From Candidatus Woesebacteria bacterium RIFCSPHIGHO2_01_FULL_39_32 (GTDB lineage: Bacteria > Patescibacteriota > Microgenomatia > UBA8517): a DNA stretch of 64,000 bases. This document shows positions 29,401 through 39,560 of the stretch, in pieces. Numbering within the stretch: position 1 is the stretch's first letter; the number at the start of each line of letters is the position of its first letter. The stretch spans positions 85,371 to 149,370 of the forward strand of contig MGGJ01000013.1 of the NCBI GenBank assembly GCA_001792345.1. Reading direction: 5' to 3'. A model generated the notes under the pieces. The model saw only the letters and a list, made by a program, of their open reading frames with translations. It searched no databases and was not told where the DNA came from. The translations under genes and the position numbers were made by a program.

Positions 29401-30507
29401 CTACAAAGCTTTCAGAGACTCTTGAGCGGGGGTGAAGTTTTTGTTGTATTGGACAGCCAATTCAAACTCACGTTTTGCTGGATCTTTATTTCCTTGTGCC
29501 AAATAAATTTCCCCTCTAATTTGGTAAAGTTCGGAATAGGCACGATTACCGTTATTTAAGATTTTGTCTGTAATTTGAAAAACACGGTCATAATTTCCCA
29601 ACTCTTTATAAGCCTGAATCGGTTCGATTTGATACCAAAGCATTCGTTTGGGTAGTCGACTTTCAACATTCTCAAACGCAGTTACGGAATTTTGATAGTC
29701 TCCTAAGTGATAATAGCTTGTTGCCATATTAAACCAAGCGTAGACATTTTCATCGGCCAGTTCAGATTCTTTTTTTGCTCGCTCAAGCGCGTTCTCCCAC
29801 GCAATTTTTTCATCCAAATCCTTTCCAATTATCGCCTCGACTAATTCTTTTTTGGTGTCATCATAAACGATAATAAAGGCGTAATTAAAAGGTTGCCATA
29901 TACTTAAAAAATCATAATAAGAAAACTTACGATTCGGTCCTTCGTAAGAATCATCCTGAATAATCACTCCTTTGCTTTCGTCGAATCCCCGCACAATTCT
30001 AAAGTGTCCGATATCATCACCTACATGAAGCCAAGTTTTTACAACAACAGGGATTCCATTGGCAGTAAAATTTTTAAGGAGATCAATATCTCCATTTACT
30101 CTACTTATCGCCTCAACGCCATACTTTTCAGCCCAATTAACGAATTCATATGTAAATATTGTTTTGTCGTCATTGTCACCACTAGGGATTTGAAAGGGGC
30201 GCATCTGGTCTCCCAATTCTTTTTGAGAAACATCCTTCCCATACCACGAAAGTATCATAGATAAAGTCGCCGGGCCACAATTATTGAAAGTTTGGTACGT
30301 ATGTTTTGGGTTATCAACTAAAGCATAGTCTCCAGGAGTTTTTATTTGAATATTCTTCGTGGTATTTTCTTGTTTGATACTTTGTTCTATATCAACATTC
30401 TGTACAAATTTAGTTTCAAGTGGTGGCTTCAGCTTATATTTAAAATAAGCTGCTATCCCACCAACCCCAAGGAAAATCAACAGTGCAGCAATTACTATTC
30501 TTCTCAC
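29401..30507 (-). CDS. C39-like cysteine peptidase with TPR repeats
   Basis: QTFNNCGPA, GHFRIVRG, DS catalytic pattern; C-terminal TPRs. Confidence 0.85.
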   Translation of the reverse strand: MRRIVIAALLIFLGVGGIAAYFKYKLKPPLETKFVQNVDIEQSIKQENTTKNIQIKTPGDYALVDNPKHTYQTFNNCGPATLSMILSWYGKDVSQKELGDQMRPFQIPSGDNDDKTIFTYEFVNWAEKYGVEAISRVNGDIDLLKNFTANGIPVVVKTWLHVGDDIGHFRIVRGFDESKGVIIQDDSYEGPNRKFSYYDFLSIWQPFNYAFIIVYDDTKKELVEAIIGKDLDEKIAWENALERAKKESELADENVYAWFNMATSYYHLGDYQNSVTAFENVESRLPKRMLWYQIEPIQAYKELGNYDRVFQITDKILNNGNRAYSELYQIRGEIYLAQGNKDPAKREFELAVQYNKNFTPAQESLKAL

Positions 30508-30541
30508 AACGTATATTATATCTGAAGACTGTCACTTTAAA

Positions 30542-30916
30542 CTAATTTATCTGAAGGCGTTTTTTTACCGTTGCGACAACCTCGGTTAATGAAGTATTGG
30601 TTTTTACCAAATAATCTACTGCTCCTAATTGTTTTGCAATTTTTTCCTCGGTGTGTAGGTTTGTTATAACAACAACCGGAATTTTGGAAAGTCCTTTCTC
30701 ATTTTTAATTTCTTTTAAAGCCTCTAACCCAGAAGTCGAGCCTGGCAATAAAAGATCCAGTAATATCAAGTCGGGCTTTCCCGCCTTTGCAGCAAAGAGT
30801 GCTTCCTCCCCAAAGGTTACTGAAATAGTTCTGAGCCCCTCTCTTTCAAGAGTTTTTTTATAGATATCAAGAGTTGTAAAATTGTCCTCTATTAGTAATA
30901 TTTTTCTCCTATTCAT
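30542..30916 (-). CDS. single-domain response regulator
   Basis: IED, PDLILLDLLLP, TN, DYLVK. Confidence 0.9.
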   Translation of the reverse strand: MNRRKILLIEDNFTTLDIYKKTLEREGLRTISVTFGEEALFAAKAGKPDLILLDLLLPGSTSGLEALKEIKNEKGLSKIPVVVITNLHTEEKIAKQLGAVDYLVKTNTSLTEVVATVKKRLQIN

Positions 30917-31015
30917 TTTGTGTTCCTAATCACATTGTAGCATTACCCGATATAATTGTATACTAGATTCATGACTAAATACAAAGAATATTAAAATAAC
31001 AAATATGCTATTTAT

Positions 31016-31363
31016 ATGACAAAATACAAAGAATATTTTGAGAAAATGCTTGCAGAGAACAAGGAACTTTTTGATGAATTCAAAAAGATTCACGCGCAAT
31101 ACACTCTGGATCCTGATAGACTGCAAGATCAATTCAATTTGCAAGGAGAAAAAATTTTGGAAGTAATACGGGAATACGAAAACCGCCTCTGCGCGGATAC
31201 CGAGCGTGGAATGTATAACAAATTCTCGGTAGCCTTAGCCGAAAAATTTCAAAATGAAGTTCAATACCACTTCCCTATGATTGATCATATCGGTTTAATT
31301 GTCGAAAAAGACCAACCTGCCTACGAAGAAAGCTTTAGTATTAAGAAAATTGACCTTTCGTAA
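31016..31363 (+). CDS. hypothetical protein
   Basis: 115-aa ORF filling the gap between converging and diverging neighbours. Confidence 0.7.
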   Translation: MTKYKEYFEKMLAENKELFDEFKKIHAQYTLDPDRLQDQFNLQGEKILEVIREYENRLCADTERGMYNKFSVALAEKFQNEVQYHFPMIDHIGLIVEKDQPAYEESFSIKKIDLS

Positions 31364-31364
31364 A

Positions 31365-32024
31365 TTAGAATTTTACGTTGAAATCAAGACTCGGAGGGAA
31401 AAGCTGCTCTTCACGAATATTTGTATTGGTCAGTTCAGCCTCTAATATGTTTATGTCCTCCTCTAACTGGAGTACTTCAGGATCTCCGGCATAGATTGAA
31501 GGCTTGTACGGTTGATACGGAATAGGTGAAGGAGATATTCCTGGAGGCCTAACGACCACCCCGTCGTCCTCTTGCAAGGTTCTAAAAAGTCTAAAAGCGA
31601 TGAAGGTAAGAATAATAAGAAAAACCAATATAAGAAAAGCTCGTACAAGTTTTTTAAGGAATGATTTATCAACAAGTTGTTTTGCACCCGAGACAGCATG
31701 GGACCCTAATTCGACGCCCTGCACCGCTGCCGGTGTTGCTTTAGTGGTAACCTTTTTAAGTGTTTTATTTACAAAAGTTTTAAAACCCTGAATATCGGAA
31801 ACTATGCTATCTTCCTCAGATGAAGCTGGCATTGTCGAGGCAGTTGCCTCTTGCTTTGTAGTTTTCTCTGAAGGTTTTGGTTCAGGCTCTTGTTGACCGG
31901 TCGAAGGTGGAATGTAAGGTCGCGGTTTGCCCAATAAAGACGAAAGCCACCCGGCTACTCCACCCATACCTTTAAACGTCCCTTTCAAACCACCCGGTTT
32001 TTGTTTTTTATCTTTCTCTTCCAT
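31365..32024 (-). CDS. hypothetical single-TM protein
   Basis: 219-aa ORF, one TM, Pro-rich linkers; coupled to upstream ORF. Confidence 0.7.
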   Translation of the reverse strand: MEEKDKKQKPGGLKGTFKGMGGVAGWLSSLLGKPRPYIPPSTGQQEPEPKPSEKTTKQEATASTMPASSEEDSIVSDIQGFKTFVNKTLKKVTTKATPAAVQGVELGSHAVSGAKQLVDKSFLKKLVRAFLILVFLIILTFIAFRLFRTLQEDDGVVVRPPGISPSPIPYQPYKPSIYAGDPEVLQLEEDINILEAELTNTNIREEQLFPPSLDFNVKF

Positions 32025-32025
32025 G

Positions 32026-32934
32026 TTATTCTTCGGCTGTTTTTATCTCCCTAATAATCTCTCCCATAAAAGTATTAGCTTCTTTGAGATAAAGCTGTGT
32101 TTCACCTAAAATTGTAATGACTTCGTTATATTGCGATAAAGCGTTTGATCTTCGTTTTGCCAAAAGGGTTATCGCACTTTCTGCGTCGCTTTTCCGTTCC
32201 TTACTCCTCGCTATCCTATTTTCGGTTTCGAATACCCATCTATTTAAAATATCAAACTTTTGATTACTAAACGTGTATTCATCCCGCTCTTCGGTTCTTA
32301 TATCCTCCGACTTATTTTTTACTCTACCGAAAATCTCATCCGTCCGATCAGTAAACTCCAATACCCTTCCATGAGCGATCACTGCAAGCACTTCATAAAT
32401 AAGTGGGTCAACAGATTTCCATCGTGATTGGGCTTCAATAGAATCTTTCTCCAGATCTTCCAAAGTTCCAGCACTAGGAATCGTGTTTCTATGGTCAGTA
32501 AACCACCCAATCTCCTCATCTATCCTTACTTTCAAGCCCTCTTCGGTAGAATCCTGAACTCCTATAGCCTCGGAAACACGTGTCTTCAGAGCTAATAAAT
32601 ATGAAATTACAACATTATCTCGTGTTTCAAGCATCAGAACCGTTGCGGATTGTGCCTCTTGTCGTGAAGTAAGGGTACCAAACCTCTGGTATTGTGCTTT
32701 TTTAAATAAATACTCATCATGAGCACTGCGATAAATTTCCATTTCATCCTGATACTTCCCGTAAGCTGCATCAAAAGATTCTGTCGTCACAGCTTCCGAT
32801 TCCTCTATTGTTTCTGAAGGACCAGTCTCGGTTACTGTTTCAGGTTCTTGTGATGATACAACCGTTTGTCCAAAAATTAATAAGAAAACTAAAATCGCAC
32901 AAAAAGTAAGGAGTGATTTTTTCATAACTGCCAT
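32026..32934 (-). CDS. hypothetical secreted helical protein
   Basis: Signal peptide followed by a long helical acidic region. Confidence 0.7.
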   Translation of the reverse strand: MAVMKKSLLTFCAILVFLLIFGQTVVSSQEPETVTETGPSETIEESEAVTTESFDAAYGKYQDEMEIYRSAHDEYLFKKAQYQRFGTLTSRQEAQSATVLMLETRDNVVISYLLALKTRVSEAIGVQDSTEEGLKVRIDEEIGWFTDHRNTIPSAGTLEDLEKDSIEAQSRWKSVDPLIYEVLAVIAHGRVLEFTDRTDEIFGRVKNKSEDIRTEERDEYTFSNQKFDILNRWVFETENRIARSKERKSDAESAITLLAKRRSNALSQYNEVITILGETQLYLKEANTFMGEIIREIKTAEE

Positions 32935-32944
32935 TTAACTTTAC

Positions 32945-33057
32945 TATAGCTTCGGGAAAGCCGTCAACTATGTTGACGGATGAATTGAAGCTAGAGCCAA
33001 CATTTTCCCTTCGGGGCTTTGGAAAAAGCCGTCACCTCTGGTGGCGGGAAATGTTAC
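32945..33057 (+). mobile_element. non-autonomous IS200/IS605-type palindrome mini-element (113 bp)
   Basis: Follows TTAC and ends in TTAC; two hairpins (32961-32979, 33029-33047) each preceded by AAAG. Confidence 0.75.
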
Positions 33058-33707
33058 TATAGATTTGATATTTCTTCCAATGAAATCTTGTCAAAGCTAT
33101 CTTTCAGTAAATCCGCATTATTGAGGGTCTTTAGGTGTTTATTATCTCTATAAATACCTATTACCTTCATTCCTGCACCCTTAGCAGCTTCTATCCCCGA
33201 TTCAGAATCTTCGAAGACCAAACATCTTTCAGGTTCTATGCCCATCTTATCTAATGCTACCAGGAAAATGTCGGGCTCAGGTTTTTTGAATGAAACCTCC
33301 TCGCCCGTTGTTACGCTATCAAAATACTTTTCTATATGAAGGTAATCAAATATATTTTCAACTATATCCCATGTGTTCGAAGTTGCCAATGCAACTAAAA
33401 TTTCTGACTCACGGAGAGCAGTTACAAATTCAATAAACCCATCTTTAAGCGTAACCTTCGGGATAAGTTTTTTGTATTCCTGCTGAGTAAGTAAAGTCAA
33501 TTCCTCAATAGTTTTGTCTGTCTTTATATTGTATTTTTTTATAAAAATCGGCCAATTCTCTCTTACTCCAATTCCGCCTACATGAGGATACTCTGAGTCT
33601 ACAATAACCCCAAGTTTTTTAAGCACCCGAGCGAATGCCTCTCCATATTCATCCTCGTCTGCTACAACGGTCCCATCTAAGTCAAAAATAACTGCAGAGA
33701 GTTTCAT
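33057..33707 (-). CDS. HAD phosphatase (beta-phosphoglucomutase-like)
   Basis: FDLDGT, LATSN, KPEPDIF, FEDS. Confidence 0.9.
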   Translation of the reverse strand: MKLSAVIFDLDGTVVADEDEYGEAFARVLKKLGVIVDSEYPHVGGIGVRENWPIFIKKYNIKTDKTIEELTLLTQQEYKKLIPKVTLKDGFIEFVTALRESEILVALATSNTWDIVENIFDYLHIEKYFDSVTTGEEVSFKKPEPDIFLVALDKMGIEPERCLVFEDSESGIEAAKGAGMKVIGIYRDNKHLKTLNNADLLKDSFDKISLEEISNL

Positions 33708-35137
33708 TTAAAAGTTTTTACTCGGAGTCCTTCTGGAGTATCTTCAAGCAAAAATCCTTTTTCTTCGATATTCTTCCGTACATTATCGGCCTCATCAAAT
33801 TTTCCTTCCTTTCTCAGTTTCTCACGTTTGCTAATCAGCTTCCCAACTTCTTCTGGTATTTCAAATTTTATCTCTTGAACCTCTGAAAGTTTCAGCCCGA
33901 GTACTTCATCAAAGGATAGCGCTAAGTCATATTTATCCTCCGATGGAATGTTGCTTTTCATTGCATCCCAAAGGACAGCCAACGCCCTTGGAGTATTCAA
34001 GTCATCATTAACAGCCTCAAGAAATCGGGAGCTGAAGCCGTCAACTTTCTTTCTTTTTTCTTCCGAAAGAGAAGTTCTTGTATTTTGGGTCTTTGCGGCC
34101 AGAACTTGTTCATTAAGTTTATCGAGTGCTTGCTGAGAACTCTTTAAAGAATCCCAGGTAAAGTTTAATGGTTCATTATACTTGCCAGTCAGATAAAAAT
34201 ACCGAAGTGCCAGTGCTCCATAACCTTTCTTTTCGATATCGGTTATTGTGTAAAAATTACCAAGACTTTTTCCCATCCTTTTCCCGTCAACCTTCAAAAA
34301 AGCACCGTGGATCCAATACTTTACAAACTTTTTCCCTGTTGCCCCTTCGGATTGCGCAATCTCATTGGGATGATGAGTTGAACGAAGGTCTTCTCCCCCT
34401 GCATGTATATCAAAAGTCTCTCCTAAATATTTCATGCTCATAGCCGAACACTCGATATGCCAACCCGGAAAACCAACTCCCCAAGGAGAGTCCCATTCCA
34501 TATCCCGTTTTTCACTTGGATCGCTAAATTTCCATAAAGCAAAATCTCTGGGATTTTTTTTAGCTTTATTAACCTTGACTCTTGCTCCTTCTTTTATTTG
34601 ATCGAGTGTTGAAAGTTCGCCATATTTCTTCCCCGTACTTTTTTCGAACTCAATTGTGTCGAAATAAATTCCATCCGGAATTTTATAAGTTATGCCATTT
34701 TCTTCAAGCTTTTTAATTAAATCCATTTGATCTTTTATGTGATCAGTTGCCTTGGCGAAAGTATCAGCTTTGGTTAGGTTCAATTTTTCAAAGTCTTTAA
34801 GAAATGCTTCCGTATAAAATTTGGCGATATCCCAAGCTGTTTTTCTTTCTCTTTTAGCTGCTTTTACCAACCTATCCACACCTGTATCTGCATCTCCCAA
34901 GTTATCTCCAGTCAAATGCCCAACGTCAGTAAAATTCATTACATACCTAACTTGGTAACCGTTATATTTCAGTGTTCTTACAAGAATATCCCCAGTTACG
35001 TATGTCCGAAAGTTTCCAATCGATGCATAGTCATAGACCGTAGGGCCACATGTATACATTCCGACATTAGGAGGATTTATCGGTTCAAACTTTTCTTTTT
35101 TGCGGGTTAAAGAATTGGTTAAATAAAGTTCTGTCAT
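33704..35137 (-). CDS. cysS: cysteine--tRNA ligase
   Basis: [36 protein letters not shown]. Confidence 0.97.
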   Translation of the reverse strand: MTELYLTNSLTRKKEKFEPINPPNVGMYTCGPTVYDYASIGNFRTYVTGDILVRTLKYNGYQVRYVMNFTDVGHLTGDNLGDADTGVDRLVKAAKRERKTAWDIAKFYTEAFLKDFEKLNLTKADTFAKATDHIKDQMDLIKKLEENGITYKIPDGIYFDTIEFEKSTGKKYGELSTLDQIKEGARVKVNKAKKNPRDFALWKFSDPSEKRDMEWDSPWGVGFPGWHIECSAMSMKYLGETFDIHAGGEDLRSTHHPNEIAQSEGATGKKFVKYWIHGAFLKVDGKRMGKSLGNFYTITDIEKKGYGALALRYFYLTGKYNEPLNFTWDSLKSSQQALDKLNEQVLAAKTQNTRTSLSEEKRKKVDGFSSRFLEAVNDDLNTPRALAVLWDAMKSNIPSEDKYDLALSFDEVLGLKLSEVQEIKFEIPEEVGKLISKREKLRKEGKFDEADNVRKNIEEKGFLLEDTPEGLRVKTFK

Positions 35138-35143
35138 GTTAAT

Positions 35144-35602
35144 TTATCCTGACACCATTTTCCCCATCTCCTTGGTTCCTTGTTTCTTTTGTGCAGGACC
35201 CATCATTCCTCTTTTTCGTCTGGTTACCGGTTCAACCAGAGGTGTTTCCGCTTGCGGCTCCTGTTGTCCTTGTTTCATCTCCCCCATAACTTTTTGCTCG
35301 TAACTTTGTTGTTTTTCTTCTCTTTCTCCTCTAAGTTTCTTGAGTTCTTGTTCCAATTCTTCTATTCTACGTTTGGTTTGGGCTTCTTCTTGGGCTTTCT
35401 CTATTGCAGATATCTCCTGCACTTTTCCATTTCCCGTCATTACCTGTTGCATGACAGACATCTCGCCAGGCTTTTCCCTACCCGTAACTTGCGATCCGGC
35501 TGATTTTAAAATCTCGATAGGCTCTAAGGCCACCTGCTTTGCTATCTGCTTAGCAATATCGGCAGTTGTTTTTCCTGCTTTTTTAATTATTCCGTTTGTC
35601 AT
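35144..35602 (-). CDS. hypothetical coiled-coil protein
   Basis: 152-aa ORF whose start overlaps the recR stop. Confidence 0.7.
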   Translation of the reverse strand: MTNGIIKKAGKTTADIAKQIAKQVALEPIEILKSAGSQVTGREKPGEMSVMQQVMTGNGKVQEISAIEKAQEEAQTKRRIEELEQELKKLRGEREEKQQSYEQKVMGEMKQGQQEPQAETPLVEPVTRRKRGMMGPAQKKQGTKEMGKMVSG

Positions 35603-36216
35603 ATGATCCTTCTTCCCTCCAATGCTTCTCTTAACGTTGTTTCATCTGCATATTCTAAATCGGCGCCTGTCGGAATACCCATTCCCAATCTGGTAAGTTT
35701 TACGGTTTCGCCATTTGAGGAGAGCTCTTTTACTTTTTTTGAAATATACATCGCCGTTGCGTCACCCTCCATTGTTGGATTTGTTGCTATAATGATTTCG
35801 CTAATTTTAGCGTCGTTTTCAGAAATCCTTCTTAATAGCTCCGTTATAAAAATTTCATCCGGTCCAATATTATCCAATGGATTTAAACTTCCGTGTAAAA
35901 CGTGATAAATACCTTTATATCTTCCCGTTTTCTCAAAAGCAAGTATGTCCAAAGGTTGTTCGACTACCAAAAGTTGTGTGTGATCTCGGTTTGCATCAGA
36001 ACAAATTGGGCATGGGTCACTCTCGCTTACATTCTTACAGACAGAGCATAGAATTGTTTCTTTCTTTAAATTAGCAAGTGATGTGGCAAATTCTTCAAGT
36101 TCGGTTTGCGGTACATGAAGTAGATAGTAGGTTAAGCGTTGGGCAGTTTTGGGACCAATTCCCGGTAGTTTCTGGAACGCTTCAATTAATCTTGATAATG
36201 GTTTGGGTATTCTCAT
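35599..36216 (-). CDS. recR: recombination mediator RecR
   Basis: LPGIGPKTAQR HhH, C4 zinc finger, YHVLHG, toprim ATNPTMEG. Confidence 0.97.
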   Translation of the reverse strand: MRIPKPLSRLIEAFQKLPGIGPKTAQRLTYYLLHVPQTELEEFATSLANLKKETILCSVCKNVSESDPCPICSDANRDHTQLLVVEQPLDILAFEKTGRYKGIYHVLHGSLNPLDNIGPDEIFITELLRRISENDAKISEIIIATNPTMEGDATAMYISKKVKELSSNGETVKLTRLGMGIPTGADLEYADETTLREALEGRRII

Positions 36217-36303
36217 CACGCTATATATTAAAGTTTCCAGTGTCCAATTTCCAGTCTCCAATCAGTTTTTAAGAAGTCAAACAAGTACAAAAGACTGCCG
36301 AAG

Positions 36304-36588
36304 TTATGACATCCCGCCCAATAAACCACTCAATCCTCCACCCATTTCCATCATTTTTTTAGCTGATTTTTTCTGAATTTCCTTCATGGCTCTATTTATT
36401 AACTCAACCAATTCTCTTTTATCTTCCCCATTAACTTCCAAAGAGACTATATTTTGAGTACCATTAACCGTAACTTTCATTCCACTTCCTTCTTCTGTAT
36501 GGCGGATTTGCTCCAATTCAGCCTGAAGTTGTTTAGCCTGCTGACGAAGTTTTAGTAGTTCTTTTCCTTGACGAATTTTGTCAAACAT
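36304..36588 (-). CDS. ebfC: YbaB/EbfC nucleoid-associated protein
   Basis: QAKQLQAEL...VTVNG pattern; dnaX-ybaB-recR synteny. Confidence 0.85.
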   Translation of the reverse strand: MFDKIRQGKELLKLRQQAKQLQAELEQIRHTEEGSGMKVTVNGTQNIVSLEVNGEDKRELVELINRAMKEIQKKSAKKMMEMGGGLSGLLGGMS

Positions 36589-36690
36589 ATAGTAATTTTA
36601 CTACATAAATTTAAAATCCAAAATCCCAATTTCAAAATCTAAATTAATTTGATATTTGTCATTTGGATTTGGGATTTGCTAAACTTTAGT

Positions 36691-38265
36691 TTAGCTTCCA
36701 AATATCTCTTTGGCGACTTTAATTATATCCTCATCCTTGCTGTCAGTCAAAATTACATCGGATGCATCAGAACTTTCTGTTTTCAACTCTACCTTCTCTT
36801 CCATCTTTTTAACTGGGGGTTCAGTTAATGTACAAACTACTCTTATCCTACCTCCCAAAATAGTTTCTAAACCATCCTCAAGAATATCTCTGTGGGGGTT
36901 TGCTTCTAAGCGTTCCTTATGAAAACGGTAATATACTCCCAAAGTTAAAACCTTTCCATCAAAGTCGATTGGTTTCGAAGCACGCAGTAGTGCCTCAGTC
37001 GAAGCGTTTCGAGGCCTTATCTCTGTCAAGACTCTTCCCCAAACTTTTTCAATTACATCGCTATCGTAGTCCCCATTAGATGCTTTTTTTACCTCAGGAG
37101 GCACTTGATTTTCTGATATATCACTCTCTTTTACCTCCGTACTTTTCTGGGCCGCCTGAGATTTCCCTCCTACCTCCGACTTTTTTTCGGTATCTGCATT
37201 TTTAATTTTTTTATCGTCGTCCAAAGGACGATCAGCCTCTGACTGACACCACTCGACAATCACTATCTCAAGGGGAACTTGCTCCAGGGTAGCCGTGTGT
37301 ATATGGGATAAGCTAGCCGACATCAGTTTGATTAACGTTATTAATTCCTCCTTAGAAAAGTATCTAAGTTCGTTTCCGTTTAAACCTATTTCGCTCATCA
37401 ACGCTTCTCTTAGTCTTTGTATTATCAAATTTGTCATGCTCTTAACTGAGAATCCAAGAGCAACAGATTTTTCAATTTCTGAGAGAGCTGATTTATCATC
37501 TTTTCTACCTAAGATTTCTAAAAATTCATCAACTTTAAATGATTTTATATTGTATAAAAACTCTTCAACTTCGGGAGCAGCAATTGACTTTCCCTCCATA
37601 AGAAGTTGCTCGGTTAATTTAATCGCATCTCTGAAGGAACCATCTGACTCCCTTGCTATAAGCTCGAGAGCCTCTTTTTCGGCTTTTATTTTCTCTCCCT
37701 TAACTACTCTCTCCAAAGATCTAACAATCTCAACAATGCTTCCCTTCTTAAAAATAACATTAGTTGCACGAGAACGAATTGTTTCAATCAATTTTTCGGG
37801 ATTTGTAGTTGCCAAAATAAACATAACGTGCTCGGGTGGTTCCTCTAAAGTTTTCAAGAGGGCATTTGAAGCTTCGGTTGTTAGCATATGTGCTTCGTCA
37901 ATAATGTAAACTTTCTTTTTTGCCTTAGCGGGAGAGAGTTTTACCGCATCGCGAAGAGCTCGTATGTCATCGATTCCCCGATGACTTGCGGCGTCGAGTT
38001 CAATAACATCAAGATTTTCTCCTTTTGCAATAGATATGCATTGATCACATATATTACAAGGTTCTCCACCAGCCGGCGGATTTTCGCAGTTAACAATTTT
38101 CGCTAATATCCTTGCAGCAGAAGTCTTTCCCGTTCCCTTTGGGCCGGAAAAAAGAAAGGCATGTGGAATATCGCCTTTGACAACAATTTTCTTTAATGAC
38201 TCACGAACGTTTTCCAGATCAAGTTCGTCAAGAGTTTGAGATCGGTATTTAAGATAAAGTGTCAT
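36691..38265 (-). CDS. dnaX: DNA polymerase III subunit gamma/tau
   Basis: GPKGTGKT, ELDAAS, IDEAHML, LKTLEEPP, SR motif. Confidence 0.97.
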   Translation of the reverse strand: MTLYLKYRSQTLDELDLENVRESLKKIVVKGDIPHAFLFSGPKGTGKTSAARILAKIVNCENPPAGGEPCNICDQCISIAKGENLDVIELDAASHRGIDDIRALRDAVKLSPAKAKKKVYIIDEAHMLTTEASNALLKTLEEPPEHVMFILATTNPEKLIETIRSRATNVIFKKGSIVEIVRSLERVVKGEKIKAEKEALELIARESDGSFRDAIKLTEQLLMEGKSIAAPEVEEFLYNIKSFKVDEFLEILGRKDDKSALSEIEKSVALGFSVKSMTNLIIQRLREALMSEIGLNGNELRYFSKEELITLIKLMSASLSHIHTATLEQVPLEIVIVEWCQSEADRPLDDDKKIKNADTEKKSEVGGKSQAAQKSTEVKESDISENQVPPEVKKASNGDYDSDVIEKVWGRVLTEIRPRNASTEALLRASKPIDFDGKVLTLGVYYRFHKERLEANPHRDILEDGLETILGGRIRVVCTLTEPPVKKMEEKVELKTESSDASDVILTDSKDEDIIKVAKEIFGS

Positions 38266-38648
38266 TCGTGGTGTTCTCCCAATAAGTGTGCCGCTCCATG
38301 CTCGGCTAATTCAATAACCTTATCGTCAATTAGTCTTCCTTGGCTTTTCGCTTCATCTACTACTTTAGGATAACAAATGATAATATCCCCAAGGTGAATT
38401 ACGTTATCGGGGGGTTCAACGAATGTATCGGTCTCCATAAATGGAAAAGACAAGACATTATGAACAATATTATTTTCTTTTAAATACGTATGGGCTAGAC
38501 TAATCATTTTCTTTTCTCCAACTATCGAAAGCGAAACGTCGGCATTAGAAACTATTCCAGCTTTAATAAAATACTCCTGAAGTTTTTTTTTAACTTTTGG
38601 AGTATTAACTGCAAAATTTCCTTGCTTTTTTACGTAAACCCTTATCAT
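38262..38648 (-). CDS. ybeY: rRNA maturation endonuclease YbeY
   Basis: NVLSFP, LGDIII, HGAAHLLGEHH. Confidence 0.9.
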   Translation of the reverse strand: MIRVYVKKQGNFAVNTPKVKKKLQEYFIKAGIVSNADVSLSIVGEKKMISLAHTYLKENNIVHNVLSFPFMETDTFVEPPDNVIHLGDIIICYPKVVDEAKSQGRLIDDKVIELAEHGAAHLLGEHHE

Positions 38649-38722
38649 AAACATAGTTTGTGACAAGCTTTGCTTATCATAGGCATTAGGCAATAGTAAT
38701 TAGGCAATAGATAAATATGGAA

Positions 38723-39202
38723 CTAGTGCCTAGTGCCTAGTGCCTCTTTTACTTTCTCCGCTACCCTTTTTCCATCTGCCCTTCCTTTTGATTTTTGCAT
38801 AACAGTACCTATCACTTTTCCCATATCTTTCATTTCGTTAGCACCCGTTTCCTTTATCGCTTCGTCAACAAAATTTTGAAGTTCCTCGTCTGATAATTCC
38901 TCTGGTAAATACTTTTTTAAAATCTCGAGTTCTTTCTCTTCTTGCTCCAGTCTATCTTCCATGCGTGTTTCATTAGAACTAGTAAGTCTGCCTCGAGCCT
39001 GTAGAAGTGACTCAATTGCGTCAGTCCTTTTTTTTGCTTCGCGTTTTACTACAACCAATTCTTCTTCTTTCGATAAATCGTGTTGCTTAGCAATTTTTTC
39101 GTAATTTAGAGCCGAAGAAAGCATACGTAGCGTTGATAATCTTATTTCGTCACGACTTTTAAGTGCCTCAGTAATTTTTTGATTGATATTATCAGCAATC
39201 AT
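38723..39202 (-). CDS. GatB/YqeY domain protein
   Basis: LSTLRML, E..ILKKYLP, DMGKVIG, GRADG. Confidence 0.92.
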   Translation of the reverse strand: MIADNINQKITEALKSRDEIRLSTLRMLSSALNYEKIAKQHDLSKEEELVVVKREAKKRTDAIESLLQARGRLTSSNETRMEDRLEQEEKELEILKKYLPEELSDEELQNFVDEAIKETGANEMKDMGKVIGTVMQKSKGRADGKRVAEKVKEALGTRH

Positions 39203-39519
39203 ACTGCCCTATCCGATGTAACATCACCCAAGAAATGAACGTGCATATGAGAGATAACAGAAGCATCTCCAACATTATGAACTATCCGAAAACCACTTAG
39301 AGCCTTCGCCCTGGCTATGCTTACAGCAACATCCTTAATTTCATTCCACAATATATTTTCGGCTTCACTCATGTCTTTAATATGTTTTTTGGGGACAACG
39401 AGAAGATGGATTGCTGCTTGGGGATTGATATCTTTGAAGACTACGAGGTTTTCGGTTTCTTTTTCAAACTTAGTCCCCATTTGACCTTTTACAATTTTAC
39501 AGAAGATACAATCATCCAT
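39199..39519 (-). CDS. HIT-family nucleotide-binding protein
   Basis: CIFC, DINP, HMHVH. Confidence 0.93.
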   Translation of the reverse strand: MDDCIFCKIVKGQMGTKFEKETENLVVFKDINPQAAIHLLVVPKKHIKDMSEAENILWNEIKDVAVSIARAKALSGFRIVHNVGDASVISHMHVHFLGDVTSDRAV

Positions 39520-39560
39520 TGCCTTATCAATATACCAACTTGTGAAAACTTCGACAAGAC

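Noticed and set aside
36217-36261. N-terminal extension of RecR (METGNWTLETL)
   Set aside because: It is translation of a heptamer repeat tract; RecR similarity starts at MRIPKPL
37222-38090. Other short GC-rich hairpin-like inserts in dnaX (SEADRPL, NPPAGG) and at 6176-6189
   Set aside because: Possibly further repeat families, but too short and too few copies in this window to support
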